From: a virus
Reading direction: 5' to 3' (one strand)
DNA length: 64,000 nucleotides
Virus record (IMG/VR): IMGVR_UViG_3300009702_000785
Span: 69,120 to 133,119 of that record
The notes below the pieces were generated by a model, which was not told the origin of the DNA, searched no databases, and saw only the letters and a list, made by a program, of their open reading frames with translations. Below, piece after piece: positions 30,001 through 36,500 of the stretch. A program made the translations under genes and the position numbers. Positions within the stretch are counted from its first letter, which is position 1, and each line of letters begins with the position of its first letter.

Positions 30001-31860
30001 TGGACGACTGGGGGAGCACTACCGCCTAGTGGGTCGAGTGTTGACTGGTCTAATATTCAGGATTGGTCTGCATCTGTAGATCAGCAATCTGTTGACATTT
30101 CAACTATTGTGGAAGAATTCTTGGCATCCAGTGGATACTCTGGCTCTGGTTATATAGGGTTAGCAATTGAAGACAATAGTAGTAGTGATGTCAGAGAGTT
30201 TTATGCATATGAGTCTGGCTCTGATCCCGCTCAGTTGATTATTCATTATACTGGGCCAACCCGAAGCACTGTGAGTGGAATAGCTTGGGATAATACGTCA
30301 ACTCCTGCTCTTGATGCATGGGTGATAGATGAAGAAGTATCCACTCCAGAGTTGGCTACACTGGTGCAGTCATATGTGAATATGGATGGCTATAATTCCA
30401 CAGCATCATATGCTATTGGATTCGTGATCGAGGATAATGCAAGCACAAATCTAAAGAGGATAGTATCATACGAAACTGCCGCAGGATTAGATGCAGCTGA
30501 ATTGCTTGTATCTTGGCGTAACAACTTCGATTTCACAATAGAACTAAACTCCTTAGCAACAGCGAGACTATGTTTGGGTTCGGGCGAGTCATCTACGGGG
30601 TCATTGGATTTGACTCCTAATATCCGGCTAGATTCTCAAGGCAATAAGACTGTGGAAAGCCCACTACCTATTGATTATCATCCTAACTGGACTTACTTTA
30701 CTGCAATTGAAGCAACCACAGACAACAACGATAAGGTAATAATGGACCAAAAGAAGAGCATCTCTTGTGAATCTTGTAGTGCTCATTCGGTCGAAACCAG
30801 TTGGGACTTCGAGACATGTTCACTAACGGTAGAGATAAGTAATACTAACGTACTACCAATGAACGTAAATATTGCTGTACTCCTATATGCTGATGAAGAA
30901 CGAAATAGTCTGGCGGGCCAGTTGTCTACTTTTGCATGGGGTGATATAGACAGATTCACTATGGACGATTTACAACCAGCCAGTGATTTTCAGGAGAATG
31001 GAGAGTTTGTTATTGCGCCTGGAGGTGTACTCCGAATGCTGGCATGGCCCACGTTAGGCCCTAACAGTGGACTTGTATGCGGACTTAAATACTTCTACGA
31101 AATCAACATTAACAGTGATGGCGGAACGGTGCCTGATACGACCAATTCCACAGGTGAGTGGGTTTGTTCTTGTGGGTCCGAAAGGTGGTCGGGCAGGTTT
31201 GAAGAGCAGCAACAAGACTTAACAACGATGACACGTTGGAGAAGTAGTGGTGAGGGATTAGCTGATATTCGGTTGACTGAAACTAAGTCCGACAACTTCA
31301 GCCCTCATATCCAGATACGTCCTGATTTTGCTGGATTAGTAATGTATGAAAGCAACCGTGACGACAGTTGGAATTTATATGTATCTTCCTTTGCCTATCA
31401 ACCATCGCATAAGATGTATGCTTCTTCTGCTGAGTCTATAATCTCTCCGTGGTCAGAGCCAATTCACAAATCTGATATTACTGTGAAGAACTCAGATGGT
31501 GATCACATCGCAGGTTTGGGAGGAGAATTTAAGTTTGACCAGTACGGTAACCTATTTATGGTAGCATCAATGCCGTTTAATACATTCTTAATGGATGGAT
31601 CGCAGGAAGATTGTAACAGATTCTCGCCAGATACGATGCAGTATATACTTGTCCATCGGTGTGGGCTGGACGACTTCAGTTTTGAAGAAGTGAAGCAGGA
31701 TGACGTAGAGCGAGTTTGCGAGCAAGAGGACATTACCAAGGAAATTTACTCGATCAGTAGTCCAACATTCAATAAACTCATCCGAATGATACGAGTTCGA
31801 GAAGAGTTTGTGAAATACCACGTTAGCCGAGTGAAAAACTCATTACCAGTGGTGAATTAG
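18046..31860 (+). CDS. Giant virion adhesin/fiber protein A: dead NTase-like domain, Cys-rich region, vWA, propellers, nested DNRLRE-like stack (continues through the TAG to 32808)
   Basis: About 4,600 open codons; ATG 18046 overlaps the upstream stop. vWA MIDAS motif VIDDTGSM at about 19657-20230, repeated AY(L/F/M)RF and D(I/L)..L(V/I)...YIG motifs, and extensive collinear similarity to 33574-46155. Confidence 0.85.
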   Translation: MPKLSKITINMLHTIDHAARASGFIPYLYGDLARAIQLDQYPADGRLVEVVLSYEHSNSVDDFYQSLSKKITINREIEHFNDLYSFVSSPYVVECQLRQNFNVFDNDIAVFNVDALFIEMGHNADPAPETNELLCFKQPDEWDITHVIGFAAKLGEYPDRIINPDQRAALDEVQLLKMRHPFGVNIAEKLIDLLLTANPGNAFLFLSSFTDGKDWLATQFIELASRYSIALNEDFDLREIISSKKAELLNVYSEYFKVKREDSEWNRQHSILTYLKLLFDSPSLTIETPYIDRVSVFAAPETFTVPVENATVTTFADDRWACCQEGNICTEVDKATCTTLRGIWHEGLLCDAVNCSVDIPGDCEYPPCPPCDPAACGDPENGGEACCCCSSVDIVSATALQCHKQIIISCNRDGTGPGPDADGIEQVFNSNCSQCTEVCEMIINSSGPDGCINPPNPALPKVCCGELPTPWFLDPPTPCSCDCARYDGDGVCSLHCMSCSGKHAYCRSIVTPGGQDNDCAYDFTIEPGPECCGSPAGFDVIFVIDDTGSMGSEIKDVKNGIIGFVQNGINRGILSRLALVTFKDDVWVYGFNDDGTYNTNSQVGRGGDEKPRPGPVDFTTDATEFEALVGSLTASGGGDGPENIYDGSMQGLHYNMPGAFGNIMITVCDNSARSDTTREQLIDFANSENYKIFFVGPATGAEQIAIQTGGLYYDLTDADWDQIFLDASSAAGIFPSSCACVDFTPLPIIRAVGDPSDPDNYFPQCACDDVSQCLPNTPGELPSECYEFPIPKCVSPDTAEDCDGICDIPFGVNVCGTTITITPTETNMTCCGTLDGFGCTCPGGGGECPDYQCCGAECDELCDWLAIPFPTPIHSSVGEAQQFVWNNCLAKATGSCGDDCLLFPTGECEDDGVTPIEYFKEKSGLFDEVATIYANCGGEGGACCIGINCTTVSSESECDGVWMGYGTPCTPNPCGGPGAVEFDCITSECNYDDQCIVGEPVVGVNRVQDQCDEIYKGCSSVGKPSIAILNNGVGLIAYETMVDNISTIKLQQFHTSVDFKLLANRTFGYGRLQNSLRWEDAPGLTQVSIATMWSYDELPVDIIQGTDDPADSDTWKDVIVFASGPLAGACFPVYHLDPAGVDDEKVAWYVKFLVQGDTELTSPFFSSDDYYQSRWYIYDYQTALRDAGGGINTDYKNLVGGAGASAQDYPFPEYLFGSSKDVDNILLGDRITDHIYNGERVPIANPKIDISKNYARPYENSQYAYLTYQALEDGKWNVYLKQIRLSEYSRDKLIDAATGSDNIIPIANPVDDLVEPGLGLAGVVYRITCVSDNCRDIGGNEFLMQRTVVMEVLLPDGREVLNPDPDGGNHGSLCPGVKAESFPDGKVFVKFVQSAVGDRCPDQFQFDDIFPNWATGQEYFVPLTAVSGQQLFDYLQRESDDGISVGQFDPPIEQGSTMISSSSVGADWYDDFHTDTNNWSVIESEPFDVLSQFKGLDISGPILISTNETGHCTNPRIQVDYNNHVFIVYEHTDTGIQNIRLVGTKEVEDELPTGVSQVFNPDDSLNYFFDKDDFVYSVDITSSGEGSNQLPDLYIDLNNVLHLAWQSNRDKVWEIYYANSTNNFAYKRITKHEGRSLKPSITSNPSGNLFITWHDNRYGNYEIMMAYHPGVRVIPLYQQDPYLASLRNFHDGWSHTTDVLPLNVVNDSDGPICYSKFDVNFYEDRNLEHLAFTVSSSDYPFAFTLPGSESDVTTADLSDIDTQWVTTYDYTYSGPTIITQNFVAVSNEIDTFLEDSTIKTILIPELNTTGGCSFGTIELRASNLTDDPDADTQWSAEYSLSGREGELIDLETLGVTETVAGRYKQIRLKWDCDVFTDTFSVIDGESDAHVESELTWTNDAAEVRLGHDSTASSATWGEITTSTNTTTAKSSDLIDISGTMYMSWAAGGNSIKFAEFDPSTSSFINEEVVLASTPNISIIEISIENIFGIPAIAYIIYSTTSGTYDVAYATRFGGSWNSYTVVTGLPTFVWSQVSLFDNNDQPGIIVHFDGGGASSINFYASTSQGQSWQPAESVATNVDDTGEISAVMISGVPAVTYLDTTTGNRVYNTRAGSWGVPVTMSVTTPISATRCTIMQYNTHPLFFFGDSSGIGMRWSRYDGVTWTGDQIIDGAAEIGHYKPMLVNSIPTIAYYEASGSAEFDLKYAELTSLPLNTWDINVIDASIVADTSAPNHWVPSTTWTGEPPGGETVAEHAAIMPLVDTSNIVYIEEFDVAGLEKFDAYFRFDNFDVPVDTTIISSHMEMKARVASGAAKSVIRLLDEVDTREFEDNTTVQIPIAAAADDAELEIPDLWSIGSNTIKFGSDGGSDYYAYLRFLLNIPVNSRVIESYVEFTPAATDTGDAHATIALVDGSSEFADTHIYSVAIDSQSGDADYRISDERWENSADTIRFGESAGETYEAYLRFYITGIPTYALISSASITLQSESTVVGDSDVAIKLLDYGNIESFPDTTVLQFQIAAGADDADFNTEIEEWRNDLSSVRFGVDIDDYNAYMRFNVDIDPDLKYIAARLRITPAADSSGTSSTMIKLLNRNDDWPSADHTEFPTMLTTDIYASSSDDDAMAEVIDNLPKRWENSEGYIWWGTEHASDGDHVWDGYVRFDTFTAGIADQGLGRPKINRAHIEMQSEGPTSTSTTIIHGINRNVERSGGDGFPHYTSITAEIPSAASDAFLADDADWTINEGTVQFGNDGSNTYDAILRFIPEDKDSSVRLERYDYISESYLSVIAVNNTSIGANAQIQLINDCSVDEFVESDSGTFMMDNETYVSDGLSPDAYVQNDTTWFNKANFVRFGTDGADYYDGYLRIRVYGIPEGSTIVSATLFSYPYAAELNASDIAITLIDENSAAAFKGAESKSTSANTTGDLGIADIAYTYQAQSTLDPSLDYDEPDEEVLASGFAIYGDYNVWTEYVVGDGSAGGEDPVYPFETPTTYTDTRSYGAVSGGTVHRIGDLTWTTEGLYVAWVDNDTTPDAPNYKLMVSKLVKNGSDWEWKDSTEVDSDVYGDVTMLTVDNDPCISYLRDNSGTMQLCFARKFGAGGSWPTHSTVTVVAGASGSTIGSPHCIEDDSLQPKIAYVIGTTGVDSTNSIFVASSTDGGATFVNINTGITTYGGTQDVKLDCLRITPVNSEIHMAYSRYNTTSTEIEVYFAYYDGSWNDVGRVYDGATANLQNKVGNGFDLISYDDLQTSTTPVPVLFMHYSVAINDRILWARSTDRGTTWSGERVVTGVTLDPINIRAVVTYEQDAVWTNVVFEENTSTWDVQVRRQSDSLNNLPASGTWVEETALSNIGTDEAETIAIANVRDKPAILFLQPESSPTYGWDSAPVVYWEQDFIYSALARHYIEGRNSANDYEAPYSDAIITEAKFTVTPQLQDGADNDNDANIKMFNISSISSAWSQYEMFAWSLPALFETPITEFTPDPGDWTAVTVDITGAEETVQNYINNRSGMSSRYIGFKWETADLDDLRSAFNAPDFYYAYTYPQRDLDLSAPEVIWSIQAGEWTGSNPIGVDITDLVDYWVNNKVSSGYMGIILRDANSSVDSLKELVSVEGNSTKRAYIDVVWNELPNIDYRSTTVNWSPNIWTDSDIVTSPDIRLLIQDYVDRCDPGVSSAAMGFGIQHVSGSVLKTFAAYEGSGYGEPSQLYIEYSPYINVTPYLPDKQVSWSTGTWADLETVTTPDLRGIVKPWFDSYFSFYGTKYIGFRISTATDILKSVKSSEGGTDIKLHIEYSPEGTRTTDGSGISWVDATDWDTVGSGDAVEVTSPDLLTLIDTVFTSDSWRYHWDQYGYGTSGIGYYLDEEHTTVNPDFTGQYIGFVIEEVSSSVLREFISKDTPFAAAILEIDKTEDGPRNRYMIDSATEHPGIPWTASSWDGIEKTADITALVTEYIDLPSYSMSGSYMGLVIENHTVGNPLKSFFAYDAAGYSGAQLDIAWTTGGALPPSGSSVDWSNIQDWSASVDQQSVDISTIVEEFLASSGYSGSGYIGLAIEDNSSSDVREFYAYESGSDPAQLIIHYTGPTRSTVSGIAWDNTSTPALDAWVIDEEVSTPELATLVQSYVNMDGYNSTASYAIGFVIEDNASTNLKRIVSYETAAGLDAAELLVSWRNNFDFTIELNSLATARLCLGSGESSTGSLDLTPNIRLDSQGNKTVESPLPIDYHPNWTYFTAIEATTDNNDKVIMDQKKSISCESCSAHSVETSWDFETCSLTVEISNTNVLPMNVNIAVLLYADEERNSLAGQLSTFAWGDIDRFTMDDLQPASDFQENGEFVIAPGGVLRMLAWPTLGPNSGLVCGLKYFYEININSDGGTVPDTTNSTGEWVCSCGSERWSGRFEEQQQDLTTMTRWRSSGEGLADIRLTETKSDNFSPHIQIRPDFAGLVMYESNRDDSWNLYVSSFAYQPSHKMYASSAESIISPWSEPIHKSDITVKNSDGDHIAGLGGEFKFDQYGNLFMVASMPFNTFLMDGSQEDCNRFSPDTMQYILVHRCGLDDFSFEEVKQDDVERVCEQEDITKEIYSISSPTFNKLIRMIRVREEFVKYHVSRVKNSLPVVN
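23671..30528 (+). repeat. Nested array of 8 DNRLRE/CBM96-like beta-sandwich domains (7 N-halves, 1 complete core, 7 C-halves)
   Basis: Protein-level repeats. N-halves follow the pattern DA...W......(R/K)FG...AY(L/F/M)RF...IP....I.S; C-halves follow W...(SPD/VD)(I/L)..L(V/I).....Y(I/M)G(F/L).I.....AYE....QL.I.(Y/W). Confidence 0.8.
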
Positions 31861-32808
31861 TGTAGTATTGGATTTGATATTATCGGCACGCCTGAAAGTG
31901 TGGCGATTCGTATTCGTAATGGCAGTTCTGGAGATTGGAGCGATTGGCTTCCATTCGATCCTGATATTGGGTCGGAAGCAATCAAACTAGACCACGATTT
32001 GACCAGAGGCAGTGGTATAAAAACCGTGCAATTCCAGGTGGCTACACCAGCCGGTTTAGCTCCTACGGCGACGATGGAGGTCGTAGCAGACTTCAAACCG
32101 ATTGTACACCAAGTAAACTTTTACAAACCTCTAGGGGATTGTTCCACAGGCACTCCTTGTCCACCTGATCCAATTGAAACATCTCATTTGGAAGAATCGG
32201 GTATTTGGGTCGAAGACAACAAGCTCAACGTTATGGATAACATACCGATTGCATCAGTTAGAGCACCAGAGACAGAAACCTCAGAAGATAACGTGAAAGA
32301 GTTGGTAGTTCGAGAATCGGATTACATATTCATCGAAATAATCCCTGAAGAAAGCTATTTCGACCAGTTTACACAAGAGGAGATTGAAGAAAAGAATATT
32401 ACTCCAACCTTTGACTTCATCCATCAGGGTGGTCAAGATGGGTTTAACCTGCCAACGATATTCAATCTCGCTTCTCGATCCTTCCGAGGATGGATATCGA
32501 TCAACAAGGAAGATGAAGGGGCTTTTAGGGACGGTCTGGCATACATCGTGGTTCACTTTAAGAACGACTGCTCTGATCCAACGTCGGTTTCTGCGGGATC
32601 GGTCACTGAGAAGTTAGCAGCCTACACGAAAGATGAGTTTAATGCGTTGGCTCCAGGTAATGCGACTTTTAATACTGAGCAAACCGATGTATGGGCTAGC
32701 GACCGTGACAATGCTGGCAAGATAGAAAGCAAGATAGTAATTAGACCTAGTGAAGACCCTTACTTTATATTTGGTGACCCTAACTACAGGTTACGAGAGA
32801 ATGAATAA
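31861..32808 (+). CDS. C-terminal segment of giant protein A beyond the in-frame TAG
   Basis: Same frame. VVN*CSIGFDIIGTPESVAIR...LTRGSGIK...IRPSEDPYFIFGDPNY aligns with paralog B VVNTCEIGIEVIGTPEVIAVR...LTKGSGEK...VRPTDDPFLVFGDPDY. Confidence 0.85.
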   Translation, partial: CSIGFDIIGTPESVAIRIRNGSSGDWSDWLPFDPDIGSEAIKLDHDLTRGSGIKTVQFQVATPAGLAPTATMEVVADFKPIVHQVNFYKPLGDCSTGTPCPPDPIETSHLEESGIWVEDNKLNVMDNIPIASVRAPETETSEDNVKELVVRESDYIFIEIIPEESYFDQFTQEEIEEKNITPTFDFIHQGGQDGFNLPTIFNLASRSFRGWISINKEDEGAFRDGLAYIVVHFKNDCSDPTSVSAGSVTEKLAAYTKDEFNALAPGNATFNTEQTDVWASDRDNAGKIESKIVIRPSEDPYFIFGDPNYRLRENE

Positions 32809-33577
32809 AGCGACCTTAATGAAAGTTGATGATTCATGGCAGATAAAGGTTAATCTGTCTATCAAGTCTGCAAGTGAGATTAGTTTCTATGACAATATGG
32901 AGCCTATAGAAATATTGTCTGCTAGTGACGGGTTTATACAGGATGATATTTTGATTATGTCCAAGGGCGTAAGGTATTTAGAGGTCGTTTTGGATCATGT
33001 TCATAATATCAGGAATATCGAGTGTATAATTAATGGACGACACAATGGAGAGCAAGAGGTTGTAATGCTGAGTGTCCCATCTGTGGATTCGATGTCACAC
33101 ACCGTGCCTGAAATAAAGACTGTAAAGAGTATTGAATCGCCTGATGGGGTTAAAATATTCTATAAACCTGAGTGGCGAGTAAATCTGTCAGTGGTGGGGG
33201 ATTTGCGGGTTGCCGTAGTAGATAGTGGGGTAGATATTTTTGCAGCAGTTGGGGATGCATCCAAGATATCCAGTGCTTCTGATTTCGTTTTTCCTGTAAA
33301 CAAATATTGCAATCACATAATTGTTCCAAAGGAAATCATTTGGATGATGTACAAAGAATATAATGGGCACAAGTTGGGGTGCTATGAATTAGTAAAACTG
33401 GCTCATCGCCCCAATATCCTGTATAAAGTGCCCATATCCAATAACCTGGATTTTGCTGATCTTCCACAGAAAATACCAGTACAACTGAGATTCTTCAGAT
33501 GTCCAACAGGAACATCTTTTGATCCCTCTCATTGGTTTATTAACGAGAATTCTAATCTACCGGTATATACAAGATGA
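32801..33577 (+). CDS. Hypothetical protein, partner of giant protein B (paralog of 16875-18053)
   Basis: ATG 32801 overlaps the stop at 32806-32808, there is an ATGA overlap with the next gene, and motifs are shared with 16875-18053. Confidence 0.7.
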   Translation: MNKATLMKVDDSWQIKVNLSIKSASEISFYDNMEPIEILSASDGFIQDDILIMSKGVRYLEVVLDHVHNIRNIECIINGRHNGEQEVVMLSVPSVDSMSHTVPEIKTVKSIESPDGVKIFYKPEWRVNLSVVGDLRVAVVDSGVDIFAAVGDASKISSASDFVFPVNKYCNHIIVPKEIIWMMYKEYNGHKLGCYELVKLAHRPNILYKVPISNNLDFADLPQKIPVQLRFFRCPTGTSFDPSHWFINENSNLPVYTR

Positions 33578-36500
33578 ACGTTTGCTTAGGGCCATATCAA
33601 ATTGAAACACCTCATTTTAAGAATGAGGATGGTAGCAATATGTTCATCAATCCATTTGAGACCCGGCAAGTTGCAGTCACCACCTCACTAGGTATCAATA
33701 AACCACCCACAACTGACGCAGAGCTTCTTTATGAGGAATTTGGCGAAAAGTCTGTGACCAGATGGTATGAATGTCCATCTCAAAAAGGTCGAGTATATAC
33801 AATCATTCCTACTGCATGCGAAGTACTCATTACATCATTCGAGAATGGAATTGATGGTACGTCATTTGGCGTGAGTAAATTCTGCTTTGGTAAAGCCTAT
33901 ATCACTGACAAAGAGCCTCTAGATTCTGGTGATACTTGCACCACATCGTTTGAATTTGATGGACATCTCTTCAAAGTTGTGGGTACTTCAGCCCTAAACT
34001 CTGGTGAATACGATTGTGGTGAATGTGAGCCGGATATCTTCAGTGTTGAGAATTTTGATGCAGAGACGGGGACATTTGGATCAGAGGTTAAGGCATTTGC
34101 TTCTGTAGGTTCAGGAGCTTGTTGCTGTAGTCTGGGTTCTACAAAGATATGTATTTCACCATCATCTAGTGAGTTGTGCACATCATATTGCACAAGTACA
34201 TATGGTTCGATAGGACAGTTCTTTGTAGGGCAATCTTGTCCTGATTCGTCCACTTGTCCGGGGGCATCCACTGGAGCTTGTTGTAGACAACTCGTGTCCG
34301 CTCCATACACATATGCATGTCAGGATGGTACAACTGCCGACTTATGTGTGCCAGGGATTTCAATGACAGCAACATTCTACTTGGGGTCAGACTGTTCCAC
34401 TATACAAAGCGGTGGGCTATGCGGTGGGAGTGATGATACAAATCCTCCTACTCCTAATCCAATGACTTGGGATACAGAGCCTTTCGGCTTATCTACGGAT
34501 TCCATATCGATGTCTGCTTCACTGGCGACAGACCCAGAAGGAGACTCTGTAACTTACTACTTCAAGAACGAAACAATATCTGATGGTTCGCATGATAGCA
34601 ACTGGACAACAAACCAGTCCTGGTCTGACCAACTGCTTCCATCAGGAACATATATTTACAAAGTCAAAGCAAGAGATCAGCATAACAACGAAACGGGGTG
34701 GTCCGAGAGCCGATCATCTGCAACTATACCTATTGTAGATACGATTGCCCCAGAACCTAACCCATCAACTTGGCTACAATCTCCTTTGGCAATTGGCCCG
34801 AATGAAGTATATATGTCTGCTACTGTTGCAAGTGACACGTCGCCCGTGGAATATAACTTTGAAAATACATCCGGCGGCGGCTCTAACAGTGGGTGGCAGA
34901 CATCTAATGAATATTTTGACACATCGGTTTCTGGTGGGTCGGTTTATGCTTATCACGTTAAAGCCAGGGATGCGTCGGGCAATGTTACAGTTGCTTCTTT
35001 AACTAAGCAGGTAACTACCCCGGATGAGCCGATTGTAGATACAGCCCCGCCGACTCCCAACCCTGCTCAATGGATGCTGGAACCAATTGCTACTTCTCCA
35101 ACATCTATACGGATGCAGGCTAAAGTGGCATCGGACCCTAGCGGTGTGGAATACTATTTCGAGAGTGTCAGTGGAGGACATGATAGTGGTTGGCGCAGCA
35201 GCAGTGTCTATGAGGATACGAGATTAGAAACCGGTCAAACATACTCATACCGCGCAAAAACCAGAGATGGGGCATCACCTCCTAACGAGGGTGGATGGAC
35301 TAATATTAAGGAGGCTATAGCAGAAGAAGTAGAGGACAACGATCCGCCATCTCCTGATCCTCCCGGCTGGTCCAGTATGCCATACGCAACAGGCAGGACT
35401 TCAATTCGGATGATCGCAGAGCAATGTTTTGACTCTAACGGTGTACAATACAGATTTGATTGTACAACAGATGGAACTAAAAGCAGTGGTTGGCAGACCA
35501 GTCGGTCTTTCTCTGCTTCAGGTTTGACTGCGGCTACAGAGTACACATTCAAAGTCCAAGCCAGAGACATGTCTGACAATTATAACGAGACCGGCTTCTC
35601 AGCCGAGTCCCGAGCTAGCACGTTTGGTGGTACCGGAACTACTGGGGGTGGCATTATTGGTGCCCCCTTACTTGAAGAATGTGAAAGTCAGGATGATCCG
35701 CAAATAGTAGTTCGTCCGTCAGGCGACTCAATAACAGCATACACATACAAAGATGAGGATGGTGCAAGTCGGGTCAGGCTATATCAAGGTCCGACTTCAC
35801 AATCAAATTTGATAATCTACTATCGAGAGTTAAGTAGAGGCTGTCTGTTAAATCAAAATGAAGACGAGTTCGCCAGCGTGAATTTTGAAATCTATGATGA
35901 TTTAGTCGTACCACCTTCAGTAATTAACGCAGGTGTTGGATTTTTGTCTGGGCCATTGTCGGGCATGGTATTTCATATTAATTCCATTGAGCGTGGTTTC
36001 CAACCTAATGGTAAACCGAAACAAACTCTGAATGTTTCAGCCGCGTCAAGTGAATTGAGTTTCGAGGACTCAAATAATGTTTGTGACGTAGAATGGTATC
36101 TGTTTGATGAACTTCTTACTCCATTCGCAGCTAACGAACCCACTGTTTTTTCTGCATCTGTGCCTACCGAGTTTAGACAGGCCGAGACCCCCGCAATCAG
36201 CCTGATGGAATTCCCTTGTACTGATCTGGGTGGTACAGAAGTAGATGAAGTTACCTATCATAGATTTGTAGGCAACCATATTGAGCCGGACATTGATAAA
36301 GTTCTTACAGAGATAAGAATGCAGTTCCAGGTTGATGAACCTGCATTAGCTTTTTGGTATGTTTGGGAGCATACCGGAAGTTCATACTATCATATGCCCG
36401 TTATGCAGAAGGTTACAAGTATAACTGACACCACAATGACCACCCATTCTTCGGGTGAGATTAAGCAGTCAATGACGGCGAACAAATTTTACATTATTGG

